Shown: piece after piece, positions 1 to 9,804 of the stretch | Layout of the letters: each line of letters begins with the position of its first letter | How positions within the stretch are numbered: position 1 is the first letter of the stretch | Assembly: GCA_024229935.1 (NCBI GenBank) | Contig: JAAERX010000042.1 | Coordinates: forward strand, 4,347-68,346 | From: Gammaproteobacteria bacterium | Lineage (GTDB): Bacteria > Pseudomonadota > Gammaproteobacteria > Steroidobacterales > GCA-2729495 | DNA: 64,000 bases | Direction: 5' to 3' | The notes under the pieces: generated by a model | Database searches by the model: none | What the model was told of the DNA's origin: nothing | The model's input: only the letters and a program-made list of their open reading frames with translations | Made by a program: the position numbers and the translations under genes

Positions 1-97
1 CAAGTTTTTCTGCCAGTGCGGGACCGACGCCACGCAAACGGGTCAGTGCAGCCTGCTTACTGACGGGCAATGGTTTTTTATGTGCGGCCTGAGTCAC
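1..97 (-). CDS. recG: ATP-dependent DNA helicase RecG, N-terminal fragment (rest lies beyond the window start)
   Basis: The minus-strand frame stays open to base 1 and reads (V)[31 protein letters not shown]. The L-x-GVGP-x-x-AEKL stretch is the usual RecG N-terminus. A candidate GTG start (97..95) overlaps the ridA stop as GTGA. The position downstream of spoT fits the conserved rpoZ-spoT-...-recG neighbourhood. It is absent from the ORF track because it is truncated. Confidence 0.55.
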   Translation of the reverse strand, partial: MTQAAHKKPLPVSKQAALTRLRGVGPALAEKL

Positions 98-474
98 ACG
101 CTGAGGATGGCGTCTGCTTCTACCTGTGCACCTTTGGGCAGCCCGGCTACCTCTATGGCTGCACGGGCAGGATAGGGCTCAGTAAAATATTGCGCCATGG
201 TTTCATTCACTTTGGCAAAGTGACTCAGGTCAGTAAGAAAAACGGTAACCTTGAGTGCTTTCGCCAGGTCACTGCCAGAGGCTTCAGCCACTGCTTTCAG
301 GTTGCTGAATACCTGGGTGATTTGTGCTTCTACGTCGTCAGAAACCAGCTCGCCGCTAGCCGGGTCCAGGGGAATCTGGCCGGAGATATAAACGGTATCG
401 TTGTGACGGATGGCCTGTGAATAAGTGCCTATAGCGGCAGGTGCATTATTCGTTTGTATAGCTGTTCTGCTCAT
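94..474 (-). CDS. ridA: RidA/YjgF-family reactive intermediate (enamine/imine) deaminase
   Basis: The 126-aa ORF has typical family strings: [51 protein letters not shown]. Confidence 0.9.
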   Translation of the reverse strand: MSRTAIQTNNAPAAIGTYSQAIRHNDTVYISGQIPLDPASGELVSDDVEAQITQVFSNLKAVAEASGSDLAKALKVTVFLTDLSHFAKVNETMAQYFTEPYPARAAIEVAGLPKGAQVEADAILSV

Positions 475-524
475 AGTCGTTTCTGCTAATTGCTTATATG
501 TTGTTTAAAAAAGAGGTGAGCGCA

Positions 525-2702
525 CTAGGTGCGTGATACACGTTTAACGTTTCGCATTTTTCGAATTTGTCGCAGCACACGTGCAAGATGGATACGGTTC
601 TGTATAAGAATTAAAAATTTCATTTCGGCAAAGTCATCGTCATTATCTTCATTAACGGAAACCTGTTCGATATTTGATCTGGCATCAGCAATTTGTAAGG
701 CAACTTCTGCAAGTGAACCCGGTTGGTTGGACATCTGTACCTGTAGCTCAACAGTGAAGTCATGGTCAATATCTGGCTCCCATTCCACCGCAATCCATTT
801 GCCAGGTTGCTTGCTGAATTGGGTCAGGTTGCCGCAGGTATTGCGATGTATAACAACCCCGTGACCGCTGCTCAGGTAACCCATAATGGCGTCACCGGGT
901 ATGGGGTGACAGCAGCGCCCGTAGCTGACAACCAGACCTTCTGTACCTGCAATTGTAATGGTGGATGGTTTATCCGGATTATCAATTTCTGCTGTTGCTG
1001 TTTGTGTCAGTAATTGCGCAATGACGGGTGCAAGTCGTTCACCAAGTCCGAGTTGTTCATATAGATCAATTTGTTTGTTCAGGTTAAATTCATGGAGCAA
1101 TTCAGTCATGCGTTTACGACTAATACGTCGCAGACTGGTTCCCTGAGTGCGTAGAGCTTGTACCAGCAGGCGACGGCCCAGTTCTATGGCTTCATCACGG
1201 CGTAGGTTTTTAAGGTATTGCCGTATGCTGTGACGTGCCTTGGCAGTCACAACAAAATTTACCCAGGTTGGATTTGGATGTGCCCGACGGGAGGTAAGAA
1301 TCTGAACTGTCTGGCCATTAGTAAGGGGTGTGCGTAGTGGCGCCAGTCGCCTGTCCAGCTTTGCTGATATACAGCGGTTACCTACGTCAGTGTGGACGGC
1401 ATAGGCAAAATCAACACAGGTTGCCCCACGCGGCAGACGCAGGATGTCGCCTTTGGGTGTGAATACATAGACTTTGTCAGGAAATAAATCGACCTTGACG
1501 TTTTCCATGAATTCTTCTGAGTTTGCAGCAGTCTGCATGTCTCTGATAGACGTTAACCATTCTCGGGCACGCAGCTGTGGTGGCACAATGCTGGAATCAG
1601 CGGCTTTGTAGTTCCAGTGGGCAGCAACACCACTTTGTGCAACCCGGTGCATTTCACTGGTACGAATCTGGAATTCTATAGGAATACCATTAGGGCCAAA
1701 TAAGGTTGTGTGCAATGACTGGTAACCATTCAGGCGTGGAATTGCGATGTAGTCCTTAAAGCGGCCGGGCATGGGTTTATACAGCTGGTGGATGATGCCA
1801 AGCGTGCGATAACAGGCATCAACGTTATCTACAACGATGCGCAAGCCATAGACATCAACAATTTCATTTAAGGCCAGTTTTTTTCGCAACATTTTGCGAT
1901 AGATGCTGTACAGATGTTTTTTTCGTCCCTGAATACTGACCTGCAGGCCAGTCTCCCGTAAATTTTTCCGTAGCCTGTCAGAGATACGTTTAAGGATTTG
2001 ACGTTGATTACCCTGTGCTTTACGCAATGTGCTGTCTATGACCCGTGCCCGAAATGGGTAGGCATTACGAAAGCCGAGTTCCTCAAGTTCTACCTTAAGC
2101 CAGTTAATACCGAGTCGATTGGCAATAGGAGCAAAAATTTCCAGTGTTTCTTTGGCAATGCGTACTCGTTTATCCGGGCGTAATGCATTAAGGGTGCGCA
2201 TATTGTGTAGCCGGTCTGCAAGCTTGACCAGAATGACGCGAATATCTTCAATCATGGCCAGCATCATTTTGCGAAAACTTTCTACCTGAGCCTCACCACG
2301 GCTGGTGAAACTAAGCTGATCCAGTTTACTGACACCCTCAACAATATTGGCTACATCCTCACCAAATTCCTGGCGAATTTGGTCGGCTCCCATTGGGGTG
2401 TCTTCAATCACATCATGCAGGAGTGCGGCACAGATGCTTTCAGCATCGAGTCGTAGCTCAGCCACAATGGCGGCAACAGCTGTTGGGTGGCTGATATAAG
2501 GCTGGCCGGACGCACGTGCCTGGCCTCTATGGGCACGGGCACCAAATTCAAAGGCACGATCAATTTTGGCGCGCTGCTCATCGTTCAGGTAGCCGAGTTT
2601 GGCGCTGAGGCGGCGATAGCCAACACCCCTTAGACCAGGGGGCAGTTTGTCACGTAGCGTTGCGGTGTATTCCATGCCTTTGCCGGTTAGATAATGCGGC
2701 AC
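525..2702 (-). CDS. spoT: Bifunctional (p)ppGpp synthetase/hydrolase SpoT
   Basis: The 725-aa ORF has an intact HD hydrolase motif (HPTAVAAIVAEL...LLHDVIEDT), a RelA/SpoT synthetase core, and TGS and ACT regions. It lies immediately downstream of rpoZ, as in the gmk-rpoZ-spoT operon. The start may instead be the internal Met10. Confidence 0.9.
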   Translation of the reverse strand: MPHYLTGKGMEYTATLRDKLPPGLRGVGYRRLSAKLGYLNDEQRAKIDRAFEFGARAHRGQARASGQPYISHPTAVAAIVAELRLDAESICAALLHDVIEDTPMGADQIRQEFGEDVANIVEGVSKLDQLSFTSRGEAQVESFRKMMLAMIEDIRVILVKLADRLHNMRTLNALRPDKRVRIAKETLEIFAPIANRLGINWLKVELEELGFRNAYPFRARVIDSTLRKAQGNQRQILKRISDRLRKNLRETGLQVSIQGRKKHLYSIYRKMLRKKLALNEIVDVYGLRIVVDNVDACYRTLGIIHQLYKPMPGRFKDYIAIPRLNGYQSLHTTLFGPNGIPIEFQIRTSEMHRVAQSGVAAHWNYKAADSSIVPPQLRAREWLTSIRDMQTAANSEEFMENVKVDLFPDKVYVFTPKGDILRLPRGATCVDFAYAVHTDVGNRCISAKLDRRLAPLRTPLTNGQTVQILTSRRAHPNPTWVNFVVTAKARHSIRQYLKNLRRDEAIELGRRLLVQALRTQGTSLRRISRKRMTELLHEFNLNKQIDLYEQLGLGERLAPVIAQLLTQTATAEIDNPDKPSTITIAGTEGLVVSYGRCCHPIPGDAIMGYLSSGHGVVIHRNTCGNLTQFSKQPGKWIAVEWEPDIDHDFTVELQVQMSNQPGSLAEVALQIADARSNIEQVSVNEDNDDDFAEMKFLILIQNRIHLARVLRQIRKMRNVKRVSRT

Positions 2703-2830
2703 CTCTCATGGGTGCTCTCTAACCAGTATAAAGGAATGCCTTGCTTGTGCGAGCGTCTGCGCGAGCGCATACGTGCACTATGTATTGTCAGGTTAGATTA
2801 AGCGGGTCGTTGTACTGCAGATTTGCTGTA

Positions 2831-3436
2831 TTAAGCGTCTGATTCAGGCTTGGTATCTTTGGCTGCTGCAGGTGTGTCTTCTGTTAAAGGCACATCCAGA
2901 ACATCGGCCAATGCAGCGGCTAGTGCAGCATCAACTGATTCTGTGCTTTCTACAGGTTCAGCAGGTGCTGTTTCAGTTACAGGTGCTGCAGACGTTTCAG
3001 CTGTGGGTGTTATTACAGGCTCAGCTGCAAAGAGCGCTGCGGCATCGGTTTTAGCGGGAGCTTCTGAAGCGGGTGCTGCTTGTGGCTTGGTGGCAGCTTT
3101 AATACTGGGCTTAATAATGGGTGCAACAATTGGTGAAGCAGATGTATGTAACGCATTTGAACCCAGCCCAGGCATGGGTGTATTGGCAAGCAGTTCTTCA
3201 GCTTCTTCGCTGCTGAGGATGTCTTCAACTGGTTCTGACATTTGTGCCAGAATTTCATCATTGATTAAGCCTGCAGCAATTTCTCTGAGTGCAACTACTG
3301 TAGGTTTATCATCCTCAAGATCTACCAGCGGCTCTGCCCCATTGGCGATACGGCGGGCACGTTTTGCGGCCGTCATAACGAGATCAAATTGGTTGTCTAT
3401 CTCTTTTAGACAGTCTTCTACAGTAATTCTGGCCAT
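2831..3436 (-). CDS. rpoZ: RNA polymerase omega subunit with a long low-complexity C-terminal extension
   Basis: The N-terminus [30 protein letters not shown]...[10 protein letters not shown] is canonical omega. It sits between gmk and spoT. Roughly residues 70-201 are an Ala/Pro/Thr/Glu-rich tail. Confidence 0.9.
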   Translation of the reverse strand: MARITVEDCLKEIDNQFDLVMTAAKRARRIANGAEPLVDLEDDKPTVVALREIAAGLINDEILAQMSEPVEDILSSEEAEELLANTPMPGLGSNALHTSASPIVAPIIKPSIKAATKPQAAPASEAPAKTDAAALFAAEPVITPTAETSAAPVTETAPAEPVESTESVDAALAAALADVLDVPLTEDTPAAAKDTKPESDA

Positions 3437-3574
3437 CGTATTGCTCTTTAAATATCAGGTAAAAATATATGGGTAAATCGATAGGTATCTTGGATTGCCC
3501 TAATCCAGCATGCTGTTCAGGGACGCGACAGGGTACAGATTAGCCCCCCAGCTTGCAATGGCAGAGCCGCTGTT

Positions 3575-4216
3575 TCAGGTCTCCGAAAGGCCCAGAATGG
3601 CATTCACACGTTTGACCGTGATGGCCTCAGAGGCCTCATGATTACTGACTTTACCCCTGATTATGGCGTTGAGTTCTGTGGCGGCATTTTCCAGGTTTTC
3701 ATTGATGACTGTGTAGTCAAATTCATGCCAGTGCGACATATCTTCAATCACATCGCGGAAACGCCGCTCAATAACTGCGGGGCTGTCAGAGTCACGGCTG
3801 GTAAGCCGCCGCTTTAGTTCATCAACTGAGGGGGGCATTATAAAAATACTGCGACAGTCTGGCATGTGTGCCCGCACTTGTTGTGCGCCCTGCCAGTCTA
3901 TTTCCAGTATTACATTGAGACCTTTGTTCAGCAGGGCTTCGACCTTGGTTTTAGAGGTGCCGTATTGATAGTCAAATACGCTGGCGTACTCAAGAAAATC
4001 ACCCGCATTAACCATGGCCTGAAAAACCTTAGGCGAAACAAAGTGATAGTCCACCCCGTCGGTTTCCGTACTGCGATGTGGGCGTGTGGTATAGGAAATA
4101 GAAAATCGCAGATTTTGGTTTTCCTGCAAGAGCCGATGCACCAAGGTAGTCTTGCCGGCGCCCGAGGGTGCGGCTATGACAAACAGATGACCTCGTTGTG
4201 TGTCTGCAGTATTCAT
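3575..4216 (-). CDS. gmk: Guanylate kinase
   Basis: It has the P-loop APSGAGKTTL and the SYTTRPxR motif, is 213 aa, and lies upstream of rpoZ. Confidence 0.92.
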   Translation of the reverse strand: MNTADTQRGHLFVIAAPSGAGKTTLVHRLLQENQNLRFSISYTTRPHRSTETDGVDYHFVSPKVFQAMVNAGDFLEYASVFDYQYGTSKTKVEALLNKGLNVILEIDWQGAQQVRAHMPDCRSIFIMPPSVDELKRRLTSRDSDSPAVIERRFRDVIEDMSHWHEFDYTVINENLENAATELNAIIRGKVSNHEASEAITVKRVNAILGLSET

Positions 4217-4331
4217 AAGAACTGAATTTTGCGATATTTATCTGCCGAATGGAATGCGATAGCCCGATAGTTTTTTTATTTATCCATTACAGGGGGAGGC
4301 AGAAGCCGGTTTACAGTTGCAGGTAGATTAG

Positions 4332-5198
4332 CTATTCCACATTCTGTACCTGCTCGCGCATTTGCTCGATCAATACTTTTAAATCTACAGCTGCTTTGGT
4401 GGTTTCCGGATCAGCAGATTTTGAGCCTAGTGTGTTGGCTTCACGATTAAATTCCTGCATTAAAAAGTCCAGCCGTCTGCCAACTGCTCCTTCCATGTTG
4501 AAAGCAGCCCGGGTTTCCTCGACATGGGCATCTAGTCGGTCGAGCTCTTCTGCTACATCCATTTTTTGTGCCAGCATGACGAGTTCCTGCTCAAGCCGGT
4601 CGTTGTCGAGTTTTGCACTGAGTTTCTCGGCACGTTCAAGAATCTTGTTGCGAATATTGTTTAGCACTACTGGCATATGTTCGCGTACATTAGCAACCAG
4701 CAGGCTTACCTGGGTTAGACGCTCTTCCAGTAATTTTTGTATACGTGCGCCTTCTCTGCCACGTGCTGCTGTTAGTGAACCAAGCGTTTCAGTAAGTAGT
4801 TGTGCGGCTGGGTTATAAAGTGTGCTGGTATCCAGCTTGTTTTCTGCTATGACCCCGGGCCAGCGTAATACATCCATGGCGGCCAGCGGCTCAGGTATAT
4901 GCAGCAGATTTTCAATATCATGTGCCCTGGCAATGACTTCTTTTGCCAGAGCTGAATTTATTTCCAGGTGGGTGGTGGTTTCTGCAGAGGGTCGGAATTG
5001 CAGATTGGCATCGAGCTTACCCCGCTGCAATTTGCTGCTTATCAGCTCTTTTAGAACGGGTTCTTGCTTACGAAAGCCCTCAGGTAGTTTGAACTGTGCC
5101 TCCAGATAGCGGTGATTGACTGTACGTAGTTCCCATTGCAACTCCCCTGCTGAGGTTGTCAACTCACCACTGGCAAACCCTGTCATGCTATTTATCAT
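4332..5198 (-). CDS. yicC: YicC-family stress-induced protein
   Basis: The N-terminus MINSMTGFA, the WELRTVNHRYLE motif, the C-terminus REANTLGSKS, the 288-aa length and a position next to rph all match yicC. Confidence 0.88.
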   Translation of the reverse strand: MINSMTGFASGELTTSAGELQWELRTVNHRYLEAQFKLPEGFRKQEPVLKELISSKLQRGKLDANLQFRPSAETTTHLEINSALAKEVIARAHDIENLLHIPEPLAAMDVLRWPGVIAENKLDTSTLYNPAAQLLTETLGSLTAARGREGARIQKLLEERLTQVSLLVANVREHMPVVLNNIRNKILERAEKLSAKLDNDRLEQELVMLAQKMDVAEELDRLDAHVEETRAAFNMEGAVGRRLDFLMQEFNREANTLGSKSADPETTKAAVDLKVLIEQMREQVQNVE

Positions 5199-5362
5199 AA
5201 AATTTCTCTGTCATTTAGCTGAGCAGGCTAATGATGCTCTATATTTTGTAAAGTATTACGCAGTACTACCGCAGCGCTTATAATTTGGCAATTCTTACGG
5301 AATTCATTCTGTATATTGTAGTGCCCGGTGCTCTGGTGCGATACCGGTTAATAGGAAAGTGA

Positions 5363-6118
5363 ATGTCTAACCAAAGTGCAGCAGTCAGCTTACTTGGTAA
5401 TCGAGCCGAGAATCAGGACCGGGTTAAGGTTGTTGAGGCTGATGGCGTGTTTTTGCTGATGGCTATAGACGGTATGGGTGGCCATGCAAATGGCGCTCGT
5501 GCGGCTGAAATGACGGTTGAGATCATTGAAAAGGCCTTTATTGAGCAAAAGCATCCTATCTTTGATCCGCAGGGCTTTTTGCACCTCGCTATAGGCCGGG
5601 CGCATGCAGCAGTCGTGGAGCTGGGTTCTGACTATTCTATTGAGACCCGGCCACGGGCAACTTGTGCTTTGTGCCTTATTCAGGAAGACACGGCCTATTG
5701 GGGGCATGTGGGTGACAGTCGTATTTATCATCTGCGGGGCGTAAATGTTCATGAGCGGTCACGTGATCACAGCCATGTAGAATCGCTTTTGTATGATGGA
5801 GCCATTACCCGTGATGAACTTGCCACCCATCCGATGCGTAATTATGTGGAGTGCTGCCTGGGTGGTGATGCTGAATTACCCCGCATGACCATATCGCGGC
5901 AGAAAAATATGCAACATGGTGATGTCATGCTTGTTTGCAGTGATGGTTTCTGGGCACCGCTTGAAGAGGCTCAGCTGGCAGATCTGGTTATGGCCAGTGG
6001 CTCTCTTGCCGTAAATTTGCAGGTGCTGAGTGAAATGGCAACGCGCATAGCTGAGCCATATAGTGATAATACGTCTGCGGCTGCATTTAGTTTTCGGTGC
6101 GCCGCTCGGTTAAACTGA
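5363..6118 (+). CDS. PP2C/PPM-family serine/threonine protein phosphatase
   Basis: PPM metal-binding motifs are present: GNRAENQDR, LMAIDGMGGH, GDSRIY, VCSDGFW. AGGAAAG lies 8 nt upstream of the ATG. Confidence 0.8.
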   Translation: MSNQSAAVSLLGNRAENQDRVKVVEADGVFLLMAIDGMGGHANGARAAEMTVEIIEKAFIEQKHPIFDPQGFLHLAIGRAHAAVVELGSDYSIETRPRATCALCLIQEDTAYWGHVGDSRIYHLRGVNVHERSRDHSHVESLLYDGAITRDELATHPMRNYVECCLGGDAELPRMTISRQKNMQHGDVMLVCSDGFWAPLEEAQLADLVMASGSLAVNLQVLSEMATRIAEPYSDNTSAAAFSFRCAARLN

Positions 6119-6207
6119 GCGCGTTTGAATGAATACTGCTTTAAAATAAAAACCGGCCGGCTAACTGGCTTACACTTTCCGATACCACCATTTAATAGGG
6201 GTCACCA

Positions 6208-6948
6208 ATGGCCAAACGACCAAGTGGGCGCGCACCGGCAGAACTGCGCTCTATTAGTTTTGAAACAGATTACACCGCCCATGCTGCAGGTTCTGTACTT
6301 GCCAGTTTTGGTGATACACGTGTGCTATGCACGGCATGTGTAGAAGCCATGGTGCCACATTTTCTGCGTGGCAAAGGCAGTGGCTGGATTACGGCAGAGT
6401 ACAGTATGTTGCCGGGTGCCACGCATACGCGTGGTCGACGTGAAGCAGCGAAAGGTAAGCAGACAGGAAGGACGCAAGAGATACAACGACTCATTGGTCG
6501 CTCATTACGTGCTGCTGCAGATCTCAAAATACTTGATGGTTACACCATTACGCTCGATTGTGATGTGCTGCAGGCTGATGGGGGCACACGTACTACGGCT
6601 ATTTCCGGTGCTTATGTGGCGTTGTCGATGGCAGTAGAACGGTTGCTGGAAAAAAAGAAAATAAGCGAGAGCCCTCTGCACGGTCAGATTGCTGCAATTT
6701 CAGTGGGCATCTATGATGGCGCGCCGGTGCTTGACCTTGATTATGCGGAAGACTCATCTGCTGAGACAGATATGAATGTTGTGATGAATGAAGCTGGTGG
6801 CTTTATAGAAGTGCAGGGCACGGCTGAAGGCCATGCATTCCGACGTGAGGAGCTTGATCACATGCTTAACTTTGCTGCTGAAGGGATAGCAGAGATTTGT
6901 GTGGCACAAAATTCTGCGTTGTTAGCCTGGCGTGCTGCAAAAGTTTGA
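6208..6948 (+). CDS. rph: Ribonuclease PH
   Basis: Diagnostic strings are [51 protein letters not shown] and [17 protein letters not shown]. Confidence 0.95.
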   Translation: MAKRPSGRAPAELRSISFETDYTAHAAGSVLASFGDTRVLCTACVEAMVPHFLRGKGSGWITAEYSMLPGATHTRGRREAAKGKQTGRTQEIQRLIGRSLRAAADLKILDGYTITLDCDVLQADGGTRTTAISGAYVALSMAVERLLEKKKISESPLHGQIAAISVGIYDGAPVLDLDYAEDSSAETDMNVVMNEAGGFIEVQGTAEGHAFRREELDHMLNFAAEGIAEICVAQNSALLAWRAAKV

Positions 6949-6988
6949 GTGCAGGTTTAATGTGCAAGATTGATGTACGAATCTGATT

Positions 6989-7585
6989 ATGAATGATATA
7001 CAGCGCATTGTTTTTGCCACCGGTAATGCTGGCAAGGTGCGTGAGATGCGCGCCATGTTGGGAAGTGCTGTAGAACTGGTATTGCAGGCTGAGCTGGGCA
7101 TAGAAGCAGCCGAAGAAACGGGGCAGACATTCACGGAAAATGCACTTTTAAAAGCCCGGCATGCAGCTGCTAAGAGTGGGCTGCCTGCCCTGGCTGATGA
7201 TTCGGGTATTGAGGTAGATGCATTGAACGGCGCGCCTGGAGTCTACTCGGCACGATATGCCGGGGCTGATGCCAGTGATACAGATAACCTGAACAAGTTA
7301 CTGGATGATATGCGTGAGCAGGAAAATCGTGCTGCACGCTTTAGATGTGTCTTGGCCTGGGTACGTTCAGTTGATGACCCCAATCCGGTTATTGCACAAG
7401 CCAGCTGGGAAGGACGCATTGCGCATGAGCCGTCCGGTAATGGCGGTTTTGGTTACGACCCGGTTTTTATAGATGCTGCCAGTGGTGTGTGTTCAGCAGA
7501 ACTGAGCGCTGCTGAAAAAAATGCCTGCAGTCACCGGGGCAAAGCTCTGTTGGTTTTGCAGCAAATGCTGGCAGGTATTATCTGA
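6989..7585 (+). CDS. rdgB: dITP/XTP pyrophosphatase (RdgB/HAM1 family)
   Basis: Motifs FATGNAGKVREM, LADDSGIEVDALNGAPGVYSARYAG, GFGYDPVF and SHRGKAL are present, and it follows rph. Confidence 0.92.
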   Translation: MNDIQRIVFATGNAGKVREMRAMLGSAVELVLQAELGIEAAEETGQTFTENALLKARHAAAKSGLPALADDSGIEVDALNGAPGVYSARYAGADASDTDNLNKLLDDMREQENRAARFRCVLAWVRSVDDPNPVIAQASWEGRIAHEPSGNGGFGYDPVFIDAASGVCSAELSAAEKNACSHRGKALLVLQQMLAGII

Positions 7586-7640
7586 GGCTGCTGCCTGATA
7601 AATGTACTTGGGCAATACACCAGAGAAATGATCTGGGTGC

Positions 7641-8849
7641 ATGCACCAGGGCAGTACACGCACCATCATCAAGATGAGTTCCCGGTCTATGCAAAAGCTG
7701 CCACCACTTAGTTTGTATGTGCACTTTCCCTGGTGTGTCTCAAAGTGCCCGTATTGTGATTTCAATTCACATAGTTTGCGGGGTGATTTGCCTGCCGATG
7801 CTTATATCAATGCGCTCATAGCTGATCTGGATATTGCGGCTGTTGATGTTATCGGTCGAACAGTTGCAACAATTTTCTTTGGTGGAGGTACGCCAAGTTT
7901 GTTTGCGCCGAAACAACTGGAGCGCTTACTGAATGCTGTGCAGGCAAAATTTCTGCTTGCCGATGATGCTGAAATTACTTTGGAAGCAAATCCTGGTGCG
8001 ATAGAGCATGCTGCATTTGCTGATTATCGAGCTATCGGAATTAATCGTTTATCACTAGGCGTACAAAGTCTGGATGATGCGAAGTTACAGGCATTGGGCA
8101 GAATTCATTCTGCAGCAGATGCACGTGCAGCATTTACCCAGGCTCGTGCTGCTGGGTTCAGTAATATCAATCTGGATTTTATGTATGCCTTGCCCGGGCA
8201 AAATGTGTTGCAGGCATCTGCAGATATTGAACAGGCACTGGAATTGCAACCAGAACATATTTCTCATTATCACCTGACCCTTGAGCCCAATACTGTTTTT
8301 TATGCCAGGCCGCCCGCGTTGCCTGATGAAGAACTTGCAACAGAAATACAATTAATGAGTGCTGAACGGCTGGAGCAGGCAGGCTATAAAAATTATGAAA
8401 TTTCTGCATGGGGAAAGTCAGGGTATCAGTGTCGGCATAATTTGAATTACTGGCGTTACGGTGATTATCTGGGTGTAGGGGCAGGCGCACATGCCAAGCT
8501 GACAGTTGCACCAGATAAGCGTTGGCGAGAGGTTCGTGTGGCCCATCCCCGCCAATATCAGCAACAAATGCAGATGAAGGCCGGTGCTACTACCCGCATT
8601 GCCATCAGTGATGCAGATGCGCAATTTGAATTTATGATGAACCGATTACGCTTATCTGAGGGCTTCTCACGTCAGGATTATGAGTCTGCGACTGGACTGG
8701 CAGCGAGCAGCCTGAATTCAGGCCTTGAGCAGGCCTTTGGCAGGTCTTTACTTGAAGAGCTGGATGATGGCCGGATTTGTCCAACAGCACTAGGCTGGCG
8801 CTTTCTGGATGATTTACAAGGTATTTTTCTGCCTAATAGCCCTGATTAA
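7641..8849 (+). CDS. hemW: Radical-SAM heme chaperone HemW (HemN-like, oxygen-independent coproporphyrinogen oxidase family)
   Basis: It has the CxxxCxxC radical-SAM cluster in YVHFPWCVSKCPYCDF plus FFGGGTPS, and it follows rdgB as in many Proteobacteria. The true start may be Met12 (7674) or Met17 (7689). Confidence 0.85.
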   Translation: MHQGSTRTIIKMSSRSMQKLPPLSLYVHFPWCVSKCPYCDFNSHSLRGDLPADAYINALIADLDIAAVDVIGRTVATIFFGGGTPSLFAPKQLERLLNAVQAKFLLADDAEITLEANPGAIEHAAFADYRAIGINRLSLGVQSLDDAKLQALGRIHSAADARAAFTQARAAGFSNINLDFMYALPGQNVLQASADIEQALELQPEHISHYHLTLEPNTVFYARPPALPDEELATEIQLMSAERLEQAGYKNYEISAWGKSGYQCRHNLNYWRYGDYLGVGAGAHAKLTVAPDKRWREVRVAHPRQYQQQMQMKAGATTRIAISDADAQFEFMMNRLRLSEGFSRQDYESATGLAASSLNSGLEQAFGRSLLEELDDGRICPTALGWRFLDDLQGIFLPNSPD

Positions 8850-9071
8850 TATGGTTTGTATACAGATGCAGTGAAATTAGACTAAGTATGAATTTATGCA
8901 CAAATTGCTGCGTTACAAATTAAATCAGGTGCCCAGCCCATTTTCATCATATGCTATACCGCAAAATGCTCATAATCCCTTGAAATATATAAATTAATTA
9001 CATTTGCTCATAAATCACCCAAATAGCCACTTTTGTAATGCTTTCCGTCTCTTAGGGGCTCTTTGACGGGT

Positions 9072-9106
9072 TCATCCACAGAGTTATCCACAGATTATGT
9101 GGATAA
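9072..9106. promoter_or_regulatory. Cluster of three DnaA boxes
   Basis: The boxes are TCATCCACA (9072-9080), TTATCCACA (9084-9092) and TGTGGATAA (9098-9106, which is TTATCCACA on the minus strand). Two are perfect matches to the TTATCCACA consensus and one has a single mismatch. They lie in the AT-rich hemW-rpmE spacer. Confidence 0.7.
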
Positions 9107-9247
9107 TTGCAGTATTTTATCTTTCTTGTCTTGGGTAACTTGTCATCGGCGTTCTTACCCGCTATCCTTCCGCGCCCCATTTGGTGGGCAGTAAGACCAC
9201 AAATAAGTAAGCACTCTCGTAAGCACTAGCAGGCAGGTACCCAATAA

Positions 9248-9448
9248 ATGAAAGCTGAAATTCATCCTGAATACCAGGAACTTAAGGTGACCTGCAGTTG
9301 CGGCAATGATTTTGTTACCCGCTCCACGCTGAAGGATGAGCTCCATATTGAGGTGTGCTCTTCCTGCCATCCTTTCTACACGGGCAAGCAAAAAATTCTG
9401 GATACTGCTGGTCGGGTTGATAAATTCCGTCGTAAGTACGGTAGGTAA
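9248..9448 (+). CDS. rpmE: 50S ribosomal protein L31 (zinc-ribbon C+ form)
   Basis: The sequence MKAEIHPEY...CSCGN...[13 protein letters not shown]...[11 protein letters not shown] is a canonical L31 with both CxxC pairs. Confidence 0.95.
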   Translation: MKAEIHPEYQELKVTCSCGNDFVTRSTLKDELHIEVCSSCHPFYTGKQKILDTAGRVDKFRRKYGR

Positions 9449-9804
9449 GGATTTGCGGCTGAATTTTCCAGGGTTCAAAGTATGAGCTCGTCGGCAAATA
9501 CGCATTAGCACACGGTTGTAGCGTACCTTATAATAAGCGTTCGACCTGAATGGCAACCGTAAGGTTGGGGTTGGCTAGCAGTTAAAGCTGTCGCATGACG
9601 CTGGTCTGACTGAGTATTAGTTTTTAGTCCCGGTTATGGGCTCCGATGGCCCTGCCAGGTGACATTCAAATAGCGTGCATTAGCGCGCTTGTTGCAATCG
9701 ATGACCTAACGCCAGGACGGGTAACATACTCGTAAAGCTGCGGACGGTTAAACCGGCGCAGTATTGCTGCGCAAGCACCTATAGAGCAAAAGCAAGTAGA
9801 GCAT

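Noticed and set aside
2850-3476. A 208-aa plus-strand ORF, with other ORFs at 2872-3054 and 3013-3261, overlapping rpoZ.
   Set aside because: These are mirror-image low-complexity (Ala/Ser/Gly) translations of the rpoZ tail. The sense frame carries the unmistakable omega N-terminus, so these are compositional artefacts.
8850-9247. Possible chromosomal replication origin (AT-rich spacer with three DnaA boxes).
   Set aside because: There are only three clustered boxes. I could find no array of AT-rich 13-mer-like repeats, no GATC enrichment, and none of the usual oriC neighbours (dnaA, dnaN, gidA, mioC, rpmH, parAB). It is retained only as a DARS-like, datA-like or promoter-type DnaA site.
9155-9556. 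A 133-aa minus-strand ORF covering rpmE.
   Set aside because: It is antisense to the highly conserved L31 gene and extends through both flanking non-coding regions. It has no motif or RBS support.
9449-9804. The 356-bp untranslated region between rpmE and gltA might hold a riboswitch or sRNA. A possible sigma70 promoter (TTAGCA-N18-TATAAT at 9505-9534) would give a leader of about 265 nt.
   Set aside because: I could not recognise any known riboswitch or sRNA consensus or a convincing terminator. The promoter call rests on hexamers alone. It is too weak to report as a feature without covariance-model searches (Rfam) or transcript mapping.
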